DNA of 64,000 nucleotides from an uncultured Acidobacteriota bacterium (lineage in GTDB: Bacteria; Acidobacteriota; JAQAZP01), in NCBI GenBank assembly GCA_963836075.1, contig CAWIIB010000009.1:1952001-2016000 (forward strand), read 5' to 3'. The position numbers and the translations under genes were made by a program. Each line of letters starts with the position of its first letter. The first letter of the stretch is position 1. Under the pieces are notes generated by a model, which saw only the letters and a list, made by a program, of their open reading frames with translations, did no database searches and was not told the DNA's origin. Shown here piece after piece: positions 42,917 through 53,368 of this stretch.

Positions 42917-43606
42917 ATGCCGGAACAGCTTGTGGGAATCATCAGCGACAGCGGGTTCGTGCTCTACGACGACTCGCCGGGCAAACTGGCCAACCATGAA
43001 GCGGTATGCCGGCAGTACGAGATCGACTACGATGACTTCGTCCGGCGTCTCGGTCCGTACCGCCGCCGGGCCCAGCGTGATCCGGCCTATTCCGGCGAGG
43101 ACGCCCTGCGCGACCTCTCGCGGGAGCTGGGCATCGATGCCGAGGAGGTGCTTGCCGTCCGCCGCTCCCTCAAGTCCCCGCGGGTGCTGCGGGACGGGGT
43201 GCGGGAGACCCTGGCCGAACTGAAGCGGCGCGAGATCCCGTTCGTCATCCTCTCCGACACCTACCGTACCGCCGACCAGTTGCGAAAGAAATATGAAATC
43301 GACCTCGGCCTGGTCGACATGGTCACCGGGTTCATCACTTCCAAGGACCTGGAACTGCGCAAACCCGACCCCGGTATGTACGAGGCGGCGTACCGCGAGG
43401 TGGTTGCCGCGCTGCCCGGCCCGGCCCCCGGCCCCGGCAAGGTGGCCTTCCTCGGCCATGATCTCGACGAACTGGAGGGAGCCCACCGCTATGGCCTCCG
43501 ACCCCTGGCGGTCTACTTTCTCGGTGCGCGGGAAGAGATTTCATTCATCCCCGATCAGGACATCCTGCCCGGTTTCTCGGCGTTGCCGGGGTTGGTCAGC
43601 GAATAA
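42917..43606 (+). CDS. HAD-superfamily hydrolase
   Basis: ISDSGFVLYD motif I, ILSD, RKPDP and FLGHD motifs. Confidence 0.75.
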   Translation: MPEQLVGIISDSGFVLYDDSPGKLANHEAVCRQYEIDYDDFVRRLGPYRRRAQRDPAYSGEDALRDLSRELGIDAEEVLAVRRSLKSPRVLRDGVRETLAELKRREIPFVILSDTYRTADQLRKKYEIDLGLVDMVTGFITSKDLELRKPDPGMYEAAYREVVAALPGPAPGPGKVAFLGHDLDELEGAHRYGLRPLAVYFLGAREEISFIPDQDILPGFSALPGLVSE

Positions 43607-43704
43607 CCATCTTGATAGCCATCCCGGGAGAGCATATCCATGGAGTAGGCATTCCCGCCGCGGGTCGACCGTTTGGGGCCCAGACCTCACCAAAGGAGTG
43701 AACC

Positions 43705-46575
43705 GTGAAACTGCTCAGATACAGCTTGCTGGCTCCTGCTCTGTTGATCGTGGCCCTGCTGGCCGGACCGGGTGATCTCCTTCAGGAGATGGCCGCCGGC
43801 GAGCACCGGCTGACCGAAGTCCAGCGGGAAGCGACCCTCCTGGCGCTGGAAGAAAAGCGGGCCCGGCTGGAAGCGCGGAAACTGAAACCGATGGACCAGC
43901 CGCAGGAAGCGGCGGAGTTCTTCCTCCAGCAGCGGTTGGAGCCGGGGCAGGACAAACTGCCGGTGGGGCGGATGCGGGCGGAGCTGGAGGGGATCAAAGC
44001 TCGTGAAGCGGCACTGGCTGGTGAGGACCGGGAAAGGGGACCGGGCGGCATCTCCAGCTGGCAGTCCATCGGGCCGGGCAACATCGGCGGCCGCACCCGC
44101 TCCATCGTCATCGACCCGGACACCCCCGACACGATGTACGCGGGCGGGGTGGCCGGCGGGATCTGGAAGTCCACCGATGCCGGGGCCAGCTGGAACGCGG
44201 CCGACGACCTGATGCTCAACCTCAGGGTCTGCGCCCTGGCCATCGACCCCACCAATACCAGTGTGCTCTATGCCGGCACCGGTGAGGGTGTGTTCAGCGG
44301 CAGTGGCACCGGAGGCCTGGGCATCTTCAAGTCCACGGATGCCGGGGCCAGCTGGAACCAGTTGGCCGGGACGGTGAGCGGCGTGCCCGAGGGTGCGTTC
44401 AATTTTGTCAACGAGATCGTGATCAGTCCCAATGACTCCAGCCGCCTCTACGCCGCCACCCGCACCGGGGTCTGGCGCAGCACCGATGCCGGGGAGAACT
44501 GGTCCCACCTGCTGGGCAACCCGCGGCATCTCTCGGGCCCGTACAACTCCAACGGGTGTGTGGTGGGCTGCAGCGACCTGGCCGTGCGCAGCGACCGCAA
44601 CCCGGACACGCTCTTTTCCGCCTTCGGCATCTACGAGTCGGACGGGCTCTACCTCTCCGAGGACGGCGGCGACTCCTGGATCGGTTACACCACCGGGCCG
44701 GAGCAGGGCCGGATGGAGATCGCCATCGCGCCGAGCAACAACGACGTGATCTACCTCACCATGGCCGACAACGGCACCGCTGTCCAACTGGGGCGGCTGA
44801 TCAGTGTCTTCCGCGCCGACGACGGCCTGAACTTCAGCGCGGTACTCGACCTGGAACACCCCTTCAGCCCCTGGCTGTTCAGTTACCTGGCCATCGCCAC
44901 CGGCTGCTACGAGCACCCGACAATTTACTCCCAGGGATGGCACGACAATGTCATTGCGGTGGATCCGATCAACCCGGAGATCGTCTGGGTGGGCGGTATC
45001 GACCTGTTCCGTTCAGATGACGGCGGCCAGACCTTTGGCCTGGCCAGCTACTGGTTCTACTTCCTCTGGGATCCCCAGCCCGCCACCTATGTGCACGTGG
45101 ACCAGCACGAGATCGTCTTCCATCCCGGATACAACGGCCTCAGCAACCAGATCATGTATGTGGGCAACGACGGCGGCGTGTGGCGCACGGCCAACGCCCG
45201 GGCCGCCACCACCGAGGAGGAGTGCCCCATCGGTCCGGACCCCGGCCCGCCGCCGGAGATCGTCTGGGAGAACATGAACAACGGCTACGGGGTGACCCAG
45301 TTCTACCACGGCGATGCCGCCCTGACAGCCGACCGCTTTGTGGGTGGTGCCCAGGACAATGGTTCGGCCCAGGTGCTGTCTGCCGGGACCCCGGACAGCT
45401 GGGAATACGTGTACAGCGGCGATGGCGGGTACGTGGCCATCGACCCGCGGGACGACCGGCACTACTTCGTCGAGATCCAGGGCTTTCCCACAATCGCCGA
45501 AACCAACAACGGCGGTATCTCATTCAGTCCAGCGGTAAACGGTATCACCGACACCGACGGCATCTTCATCAACCCCTTTGCCATGGACCAGTCCAATCCC
45601 GACGTCATCTGGACCGGCGGCCGCCGCCCCTGGCGCACCATCGATGGCGCCGGCCTGTGGGAGCTGGCCGGGCCCAATTTCAGCGGTGCGGACAGACTTA
45701 CGGCCATCAATATTTCCCCGGCGGACAGCAACGTGGTCTGGTTCGGCTTCAACAACGGTTATGTGGCCCGGACCACCAACGGTCTGGCCGAGAAGCCGGA
45801 CTTCGAGGTCTTTGCCAACGGCCTGCCGGGCGGGTGGATCAGCAGCGTGGCCGCCGACCCGGTGGACACCGAAACGGCTTACTGCACGATCTCCTCATAT
45901 GGCGTGCCCCACGTGATGAAGACCACTGACGGAGGCAGCAACTGGGCCTCCATCGACGGCATCTCGGTCACCGGCGTGCCCGACATCCCGGTGCACTGGA
46001 TCGCCGTCCGTCCCGGCAACCCGCAACAGCTCTACGTGGGCACCGAGTTCGGCGTCTTTGCCAGCGACGATGGCGGGGGAACCTGGTTCCCGGCCAACAC
46101 AGGGCTGGCCCACACCATCGTGGAATCTCTCGACTGGAAGGATCCGGACACTCTGGTGGCCTTCACCCATGGCCGCGGGGCCTACGTCACCCACCTGGAT
46201 AGCATCGCCACCATCGATGCGGCCCTGGTCTGTGAGCCCTCCACCGGCACCCTGCCCTTTGTCACCCAGCTGTGGGTCACCCTGGGCAATCTCTACGCCG
46301 GGCAGACCCGGCGGGTGGCCGCCCGTCTGGATGTGCAACTGGCCGCGGGTGCCTACTTTCCGGGATGGCGCGCGGGATACACCAACATCGGTCCCGGGGG
46401 CAGCTATTTCACCTCCTGGAACCAGAACCTCCCGGCCCTGGGTACACTGGTGGGAGAGAACGTCTTCACCCTGGCTGCCGAGGACGTGACGCCGTCACCC
46501 TACAATCAGCCGCCCTATCCGCCGGCCGGGGATACCTGCACTTCGCAGCAGATTTTCACTGCTCTGGCGCCCTAA
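43705..46575 (+). CDS. Secreted BNR/VPS10-like propeller protein (glycosyl hydrolase-like) with C-terminal module A
   Basis: GPGNIGGR, repeated SxDGGxxW Asp-boxes, HVDQH, GGAQDNG and THGRG; ends TALAP. Confidence 0.85.
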   Translation: MKLLRYSLLAPALLIVALLAGPGDLLQEMAAGEHRLTEVQREATLLALEEKRARLEARKLKPMDQPQEAAEFFLQQRLEPGQDKLPVGRMRAELEGIKAREAALAGEDRERGPGGISSWQSIGPGNIGGRTRSIVIDPDTPDTMYAGGVAGGIWKSTDAGASWNAADDLMLNLRVCALAIDPTNTSVLYAGTGEGVFSGSGTGGLGIFKSTDAGASWNQLAGTVSGVPEGAFNFVNEIVISPNDSSRLYAATRTGVWRSTDAGENWSHLLGNPRHLSGPYNSNGCVVGCSDLAVRSDRNPDTLFSAFGIYESDGLYLSEDGGDSWIGYTTGPEQGRMEIAIAPSNNDVIYLTMADNGTAVQLGRLISVFRADDGLNFSAVLDLEHPFSPWLFSYLAIATGCYEHPTIYSQGWHDNVIAVDPINPEIVWVGGIDLFRSDDGGQTFGLASYWFYFLWDPQPATYVHVDQHEIVFHPGYNGLSNQIMYVGNDGGVWRTANARAATTEEECPIGPDPGPPPEIVWENMNNGYGVTQFYHGDAALTADRFVGGAQDNGSAQVLSAGTPDSWEYVYSGDGGYVAIDPRDDRHYFVEIQGFPTIAETNNGGISFSPAVNGITDTDGIFINPFAMDQSNPDVIWTGGRRPWRTIDGAGLWELAGPNFSGADRLTAINISPADSNVVWFGFNNGYVARTTNGLAEKPDFEVFANGLPGGWISSVAADPVDTETAYCTISSYGVPHVMKTTDGGSNWASIDGISVTGVPDIPVHWIAVRPGNPQQLYVGTEFGVFASDDGGGTWFPANTGLAHTIVESLDWKDPDTLVAFTHGRGAYVTHLDSIATIDAALVCEPSTGTLPFVTQLWVTLGNLYAGQTRRVAARLDVQLAAGAYFPGWRAGYTNIGPGGSYFTSWNQNLPALGTLVGENVFTLAAEDVTPSPYNQPPYPPAGDTCTSQQIFTALAP

Positions 46576-46709
46576 CAGCCAGCGCAGAGCCATGCCGCCG
46601 GGGGGTTCGGATACTCTTGACAGCGCCCGGAGGCCGCAGTATATTGGCACTTCCCCCGGAGGGGGGGTAGTATCATCGACTTGCTCAAGGGACCATATCA
46701 CCAGGAAAC

Positions 46710-47540
46710 ATGGCTGAAAACGACCTCCTCGGAAGATTGGTGAGCAGCGTCATGAGCGAGCGCCAGGCCAAGGTGTACCTGGCGCTGCTTCAGCGTGGCC
46801 GTGCCACGTCCGCCGAACTCCAGCGCGACTCCGGTATATCCCAAACCAAAATCTACGAAACCGTCCGTTTCCTGGTCAGCCGCGGATTCTGCCGCGAGCA
46901 GAAGATCGGCAACCGGCGGGTCTACGAAGCGGTGGACCCCGGGGCTGCCCTGAAGACTGAAGAGGGCCAGCTCCAGGAGCGGATCAAGGAAATCAGCCTG
47001 CTGGCCGGTGACCTCTCGCACCTCTACTCAGCCGCGGACAAGGCGGCCACCCCCATCGAGTTTATCGAGCTTCTCAACGGCACGGAGAGCATCCACCGCC
47101 ACTACTGTGACCTGGTGCGCGGCTCCAGCGGGGAGCTGCTCGGTTTCGGGCGGCCGCCCTACGCCTGCAACACCAACTCCAAGGTCAAGGAACAGCTGCG
47201 GGCCTACAAACGGTTCATCAACGGCAAGGGCAGCTCGCGCTGGGTCTTTGAAATCGACATTCCGGAGAACAAGGTGGCGGTGTCCGCGGTGCAGCAGATG
47301 CACGACCTGGGCATCGACATCTGCGTTTCCGCGTCCCTGCCGTTAAAGATGATGGTCTTCGACAGCAGCACGGTGCTCTTTGCCCAGGAGGGTTCGCTGA
47401 TGAAGCCGGGCGAGCTGACCATGGCCAGCATCCGCAACGGCGCCATCGCCAACGCCTTTTCGGCACTGTTCGAGTATTTCTGGCAAACCTCCATTCCCTA
47501 CGAGGAGTGGTTGAAGAGGGCGCCCCAGGAGGGGCATTAG
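46710..47540 (+). CDS. TrmB-family transcriptional regulator
   Basis: AKVYLALL...ISQTKIYE winged HTH and a PLD-like sensor domain (PLKMMVFD). Confidence 0.85.
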   Translation: MAENDLLGRLVSSVMSERQAKVYLALLQRGRATSAELQRDSGISQTKIYETVRFLVSRGFCREQKIGNRRVYEAVDPGAALKTEEGQLQERIKEISLLAGDLSHLYSAADKAATPIEFIELLNGTESIHRHYCDLVRGSSGELLGFGRPPYACNTNSKVKEQLRAYKRFINGKGSSRWVFEIDIPENKVAVSAVQQMHDLGIDICVSASLPLKMMVFDSSTVLFAQEGSLMKPGELTMASIRNGAIANAFSALFEYFWQTSIPYEEWLKRAPQEGH

Positions 47541-47661
47541 AGGCGAAAATCGTGACACCTGATCTCCTGCGGTGGGGGACCGGTGAGTAAATGGTTCCGC
47601 CGCGAGTTTCTTAACCTGCGACACCGCGAGAGTGCGGTGCGCGAAAAGAGGAGGGAATCGA

Positions 47662-49410
47662 ATGGCAAGGTGGCTGTGCATCAAGCTGCCGTCGGTGATT
47701 CTCCTGTCCCTGCTGCTGGTGGTTGCCTCGGTGTTTTCCGGGGCAGCATTTGCGGCGGAGGATCTGGAGATCATCCAGGCGGTGAAGAACGGTACCCCCG
47801 TTTCGGGGGGCAATCGGGTGGTCATGGGCGAGGTGTTCGCCCGCGACGGCTGAGCGTACTGTCCCTCTGCGGAGCAGGGGATGATAGACCTCTTGGCCAA
47901 CTTCGGTGACGACGAATTCGTCTGTGTCATGTACTACTCCACCAGCGGCTGGTCCTGCCCGGAGCACGGCGACCGTGCCGGTCTCTACGGTGTGAGCGGT
48001 GTGCCCGACGCTTATTTCAGCGGTTATCTTAACTCTCTCGGCGGGCTGCCCAGTGGCTCGATGTATGACTACTACCTGCCCCTGGTGAACCAGGTCATGG
48101 CCAATCCCGGTATGTTGGCAATGTCACTGGACATGACCATCGATGCCGGTACCATCACCGTCAACGGCACCATCGAGGCCCTGGAAAACGCCCCCGATGC
48201 CCTCGTCTACGTCGTGGTCTACGAAGAGGACTCGGGCCGTGAGCCGAACCTGGCCCGTGGCTTCCCGGTGTGGGAGACCATGCTCACCGCCACCACCACC
48301 GGCGCGACCCAGGACATCAGCGGCACCCTGGCCGTGGGCACCGGCTGGAACGAGGCCAACCTCCACGCCATCATGTTTGTCCAGGCCCTGCAGGACTTCA
48401 CGGCCACCCGGATCGTCACCGGTCCCGGCCCCGGCCCGGACAACGTCTGCCGCCTGGCCGCCTGGGTCCCGGAGAATCCAGGCACTGCCGACGTGACCAT
48501 CAACGCATACGGCGTGGACAAATACGGCGTCAACGTGGCCGTGGGCGACCTCACCGGCGATGGCTTTGACGAATTCCTCACCGGTCCCGGACCGGGCGCG
48601 GTCTTCGGCCCGCAGGTGCGCGGTTTCAACTACGAAGGCGACCAGCTCCCCGGCCTCAGCTATTTTGCCTATGGCACCCTGAAATACGGGGTCAACGTGG
48701 CTGCCGGCGACTTGGACAATGACGGTGTGGCCGAGATCCTCACCGGCGCCGGACCGGGCGCGGTCTTCGGCCCCCACGTTCGCGCCTGGAAGTACAACGG
48801 CAGTGAGGTGAGTTCCATGCCGGGGATCAGTTACTTCGCCTACGGCACACCAAAGTATGGTGTAAACGTGGTCTGCGGTGACATCGACGGCGACGGTTTT
48901 GACGAGATCATCACCGGTGCCGGACCGGGCGCGGTCTACGGCCCGCACGTGCGCGGCTGGAACTACGACAATGACACCCTCACCTCGATTCCCAGTGTGA
49001 GCTTCCTGGCTTACAACACCAACAAGTTCGGCGTAAACGTGGCCTGCGGTGACATCGACGGTGACGGGATGGACGAGTTGATCACCGGTGCCGGCCCCGG
49101 CGCGGTCTTCGGGCCGCACCTCCGTGGCTGGAACATCGACGGCGGTACGGTCACGGCCATTTCCGGAATCAACACCATGGCCTTCGACTACACCGAGTGG
49201 GGTATCAATGTTGGTTGTGGAGACGTGGACCGTGACGGCATGGACGAGATCTTTGTCGGTGCCGGTCCCGGCGAGGCCCACGACGCCTGGGTCCGCGGCT
49301 TCAACTATGACGGCGGCACGCTGGAGATGGTGTATGACTTCACCGCCTACGGCGCCCCGGTCATCACCCACGGTGTCAACGTGACCTGTGGCTACTTCTT
49401 CGCCCCGTAA
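47662..49410 (+). CDS. Secreted selenoprotein: Omp28-like thioredoxin domain (UAYC) with C-terminal module B (582 aa, Sec64)
   Basis: ORFs 47632..47853 and 47881..49410 are in frame: RVVMGEVFARDG-TGA-AYCPSA; YGVSGVP cis-Pro motif; GAGGAGG RBS and signal peptide. Confidence 0.88.
47861..47882 (+). promoter_or_regulatory. Putative bacterial SECIS hairpin
   Basis: GUCCC-U(bulge)-CUGC-GGA-GCAG-GGGAU starting 7 nt after the UGA. Confidence 0.7.
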
Positions 49411-49445
49411 CGTAAACGTCGTCGGTACTGCTACCGGCTAACCAG

Positions 49446-49483
49446 CGGCGGGTGGGCCCCTTCGGGTCCACCCGCCGTTTTTT
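49446..49483 (+). terminator. Intrinsic terminator
   Basis: 14-bp GC stem, CTTC loop, T6 tail. Confidence 0.88.
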
Positions 49484-49520
49484 CTGAAGGCAATCGCTGC
49501 CTGTCGCCATTTTCTGCACT

Positions 49521-49623
49521 GTCATCGCGAGGCGTCGGTGTAGCCGACGACGCGGCGATCTCCTCGGATGTCTTTCCAATTCAATGAGATTGCTTCGTCG
49601 CCGTCTTCGACGGCTCCAATGAC
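49521..49623. repeat. Palindromic REP/MITE-like element (GTCAT...GAGATTGCTTCG...ATGAC type)
   Basis: Nested inverted repeats GTCAT/ATGAC, GTCGG/CCGAC, ATCTC/GAGAT and GCCGTC/GACGGC. Confidence 0.6.
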
Positions 49624-49631
49624 AGAGGGGA

Positions 49632-50987
49632 TTACTCGCTGTCCTCTTCGATGTAGCCCAGGGAGCGGAGCCGTTCGAGGGTCTCCTCGTCGTGCTCCTC
49701 TTCCTCCAGCACCTTGCCGCCGGTGAGGTCCTTGATCCGCTGCAGCAGTTCCCGGGCCAGGGGTTCTTCCTCGCCGGCCAGGTCGAGGTCCTCCCCCTCA
49801 GCCAGGCGGTGCAGTCGGATGACTTCCCCCTGGTCGCTCTCGATGGCCATCAGTTTCCAGCCGTCGGCCACGATGCTCTTGGAGAGTACGGTCCGCCCCT
49901 GGACCCGCTTGCGCATCTCGGAGAAGGCGAAGCTGTCCGGCCGCTCCTCCCCATGGATCAGCGGCAGCATTGAGCCACCGTCCACGGTGCGTTCATTCTC
50001 GATCCCCAGCAACTGGAGCAGGGTGGGTAGCAGGTCCACCGACTGGGTCACCGACTCCACCCTCCGGCTGCCTGCCATACCGGGCACCCGCAGCAGCAGA
50101 GGCACCCGGGTTTCGGTGTCGAAAAGCCCCTTGTAGTGGCCGGTGTAGAAGGCGCTTTTTTCCTGCAGCAGGAAGTCCCGGCCGTCGTGATCGCCAAAGG
50201 CTTCGCCGTGGTCCGAGGTGATCACCACGATGGTCTCGTCAGCCAGGTCCAGTTCCTCCAGTTTGTCCAGCAGCATCCGCACCTTGCTGTCCACGAAACG
50301 GATCTCACCGTCGTAGAGCGCGGCCTGCCGCTCATTGCCCTTCAGCCCCTCGCTCCATAGGTCGTATTCATCGATGGGATTGTACTCCGCGTGGGGGTCC
50401 CAGTAGTGGACAAAGAGGAAGAACGGCTCCCTGGTGTTGCTGTCCAGCCACTGCAGGGCCGCGTTGGTGGTCTGGTAGAAGCCGGTGTCGTGCTTGTTGC
50501 GATACTGCCGTTCGTTGAACCGCTCGAAGTGCCCGAACACGGTTCCGAGGAATTTGACCATGTCGTTGCTGATAAAGGCCGCCGTGCGGTAACCCGCCTC
50601 CCGCAGCACCAGGGTCATCACCGGCGCGTCGGTCATCTCCCCCTCGGCGGCCAGGGAGATGGATTCGCCAAAGTTGTGGGGGTAGCGGCCGGTGAAGTTG
50701 GACCAGTGGGACCCGGGGGTGAAGGGGATCGAACAGTAGTGGTTCTCGAAGAGGACGCTTTCCGCAGCAAAGGCGTCGATGTTCGGCGAGGTCTCCCGCT
50801 CGTGCCCGTAACAGGATAGGTGATCGGCCCGCAGCGTGTCGATCATGATGAAGAGCAGGTTGGGCCGGGCCGGTTCCGGTTCGGCCTGACGGCAGGCTGT
50901 GGTGGCCAGGATTGTCCCGCTGAGGAAGAGGACGACCAGGGAGATGGCGAATGCGAGATGGCGGATATTGTGGAGTCTTGCACGCAT
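49632..50987 (-). CDS. Sulfatase-like alkaline phosphatase superfamily protein
   Basis: IDTLRADH, FTPGSH (no CxPxR), DPH, SDHGE and LRSLGY motifs. Confidence 0.85.
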   Translation of the reverse strand: MRARLHNIRHLAFAISLVVLFLSGTILATTACRQAEPEPARPNLLFIMIDTLRADHLSCYGHERETSPNIDAFAAESVLFENHYCSIPFTPGSHWSNFTGRYPHNFGESISLAAEGEMTDAPVMTLVLREAGYRTAAFISNDMVKFLGTVFGHFERFNERQYRNKHDTGFYQTTNAALQWLDSNTREPFFLFVHYWDPHAEYNPIDEYDLWSEGLKGNERQAALYDGEIRFVDSKVRMLLDKLEELDLADETIVVITSDHGEAFGDHDGRDFLLQEKSAFYTGHYKGLFDTETRVPLLLRVPGMAGSRRVESVTQSVDLLPTLLQLLGIENERTVDGGSMLPLIHGEERPDSFAFSEMRKRVQGRTVLSKSIVADGWKLMAIESDQGEVIRLHRLAEGEDLDLAGEEEPLARELLQRIKDLTGGKVLEEEEHDEETLERLRSLGYIEEDSE

Positions 50988-51270
50988 TTTCTTTTTCGCT
51001 GGTGGCTCAGTGTTGTGGTCTGATTGGTCACAGCGTGGAACGGCATCTATTCTGGCAGGGCCCTGGCTTCTTGTCGAGGGTACTGTTTGGAGCTTCGACT
51101 GACCATTGCCCCGGTGGTGAAAAATCCATTCATCCGGTAGAATATCGGCATCAATCCGACTATACGTTGCCGTGTCTGATTCAACTGCTGGCGGTCATCT
51201 TTGTACCAAACGCCGTAACGGCGTTGATCTTTAGATCCGTGATGACCAGATCACACAAGGAGGGACGGAT

Positions 51271-51966
51271 ATGACCATGTCAAGGAAACTGACCGCCGAG
51301 TTCATCGGCACCTTCTGGCTCGTGCTGGGCGGGTGCGGCAGCGCCGTGCTGGCGGCGGCCTACCCTGAACTGGGAATCGGCTTTCTGGGGGTGGCGCTGG
51401 CCTTCGGGCTGACCGTGCTCACCATGGCCTTCGCCATCGGCCACATCTCCGGCTGCCACCTCAACCCTGCTGTCTCCATCGGCCTCTGGTCCGGCGGCCG
51501 GTTTGCGGCAAAGGATCTGGTGCCCTACATCATCGCCCAGGTGGCTGGCGGCATCGCCGGCGGCGCGGTGCTCTACATCATCGCTTCGGGAAGCGGCGCT
51601 TTCGACCTGGCCGGCGGTTTTGCCTCCAACGGCTATGGCGCCCACTCGCCCGGCGGGTACAGCCTGCTGTCGTGCCTGGTGGCCGAAGTGGTGCTGACCT
51701 TCATGTTCCTGCTGATCATCCTCGGCTCCACCGACGAACGGGCGCCGGCCGGCCTGGCCCCCGTTGCCATCGGCCTGGGGCTGACCCTGATCCACCTGAT
51801 CAGCATCCCGGTGACCAACACATCGGTGAACCCGGCCCGCAGCACCGGTGTGGCCGTCTTTGTCGGCGGCTGGGCCACGTCCCAGCTGTGGCTCTTCTGG
51901 GTGGCCCCGATTATCGGCGGTATCCTGGGCGGGATCGTCTACCGCTGGATGGGCAGCAACAAGTAG
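51271..51966 (+). CDS. aqpZ: Aquaporin Z
   Basis: [17 protein letters not shown], two NPA motifs (HLNPAV, SVNPARS). Confidence 0.97.
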   Translation: MTMSRKLTAEFIGTFWLVLGGCGSAVLAAAYPELGIGFLGVALAFGLTVLTMAFAIGHISGCHLNPAVSIGLWSGGRFAAKDLVPYIIAQVAGGIAGGAVLYIIASGSGAFDLAGGFASNGYGAHSPGGYSLLSCLVAEVVLTFMFLLIILGSTDERAPAGLAPVAIGLGLTLIHLISIPVTNTSVNPARSTGVAVFVGGWATSQLWLFWVAPIIGGILGGIVYRWMGSNK

Positions 51967-52010
51967 CCGGCCGAGTTCCACGAACGAATCGACTGGAGTT
52001 TTTCACAACC

Positions 52011-53123
52011 ATGTTCAAAAACAATTACGGTGTCAATCACCACCGAACCCTGATCTGTTTGGCGTTCCTTGTTGTGGCACTCTGTTGCGCCGCCAACCCG
52101 GCCCTGGCCGCCGAGGAAGGCTGGCAGCCGCCGCCGCCCGAACCGGTCGCTTTTGACTGGGTCCAGCTGGTGTCCGGTGAGTGGCTCAAGGGAGAGATCA
52201 AATCCTTTGAAGACGATGTCCTTGAGTTCAAGAGCGACAAGCTTGGAGACCAGTCGCTGTCCTGGGACGACGTGGCCCAGGTGCGTTCCATGCGCGTCGT
52301 ACAGGTACTGCTTGCGGACGACCGCAGTTACGTGGGCCGGATCATTGTCGCAGATGGAGCCGTCCAGGTGCTCGGTGACCAGGGGCAGGAATTCGAACGA
52401 GCGGATTTGGTGAGGTTCATCGTCGGTGAGCCGAAGGAGATCAATTTCTGGTCCAGCACGATCAACCTGGGCGCCAATTTCCGCAAGGGCAACACCGATG
52501 CGGTTGATATCAACACCCAGATCAAGGTCCAACGGCGCTCGATCAAAAACCGCCTGATTTTCGACTACATCGGGAATTACAACGAGCTGGAGGGAGTCGA
52601 ATCGGGCGACAACCAGCGCCTGGCCGTCACGTGGCACCGGTTTCTCACTGCCCGGCTCTTCCTGATGCCCGTCTTTGGCGAATACTACCGGGACCCGTTC
52701 CAGAACATCGCTTTCCGTGGTTCCATCGGTACCGGCGTGGGGTATACGCTGGTGGACACGGCCAAAGTTGACTGGGATGTGTCGGGTGGTCCGGCATACC
52801 TGCGGACGGATTACGATGAGGTTGAGGAAGGCACCAGCGACTCGGAGAGCACAGCGGCCTTTGTGGGTAACACAGTGCTGACCGTGGAACTGGTCAAGTG
52901 GCTCGATTTCAACTACGACTACCGCTTTCAGATCGTCAACGAGGAAAACGGGACTTACAACCATCACATGGAGGCCGGCTTCAATACCGACCTGACCGGG
53001 CCGCTGAGCTTGAACACTTCCATAGTCTGGGACCGGATCCAGGATCCCCGCGCCAATGCTGACGGTGACGTTCCCGAGCAGGACGATTTCAAGCTGATCG
53101 TCGGCCTGGCCTTCGATTTCTAG
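52011..53123 (+). CDS. DUF481-family outer-membrane beta-barrel protein
   Basis: Signal peptide, DWVQLVSGEWLKGE, GNT, terminal Phe (GLAFDF). Confidence 0.75.
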   Translation: MFKNNYGVNHHRTLICLAFLVVALCCAANPALAAEEGWQPPPPEPVAFDWVQLVSGEWLKGEIKSFEDDVLEFKSDKLGDQSLSWDDVAQVRSMRVVQVLLADDRSYVGRIIVADGAVQVLGDQGQEFERADLVRFIVGEPKEINFWSSTINLGANFRKGNTDAVDINTQIKVQRRSIKNRLIFDYIGNYNELEGVESGDNQRLAVTWHRFLTARLFLMPVFGEYYRDPFQNIAFRGSIGTGVGYTLVDTAKVDWDVSGGPAYLRTDYDEVEEGTSDSESTAAFVGNTVLTVELVKWLDFNYDYRFQIVNEENGTYNHHMEAGFNTDLTGPLSLNTSIVWDRIQDPRANADGDVPEQDDFKLIVGLAFDF

Positions 53124-53144
53124 CGGTTCCCTCGGCAATTCCTG

Positions 53145-53178
53145 AAGCCCGTGGCAAGATCCCCTGTCACGGGCTTTT
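53145..53178 (+). terminator. Intrinsic terminator
   Basis: AAGCCCGTGGCA/TGTCACGGGCTT stem ending in a T-run. Confidence 0.7.
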
Positions 53179-53368
53179 CCGTGGGATAGTCTATTGCTAC
53201 GGGTCGGCGTACCGAATCACTGCCGTTTACCAAGCCCACAGCATGGGCGGCCTGATCTCCCGTTCCACCGGGTTGCGGTCCGCCGGCAGAAAACCTATAT
53301 TGAACGTGATCAAAGCGGTTCCCGCCTGTGGTTTTATTAATCCTGGTTACGAGTCGGGGGTATCGGTC

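Noticed and set aside
49632-50987. Sulfatase lacking CxPxR as a novel enzyme
   Set aside because: Thr-type sulfatase-like proteins with the DTLRADH motif are a common subfamily.
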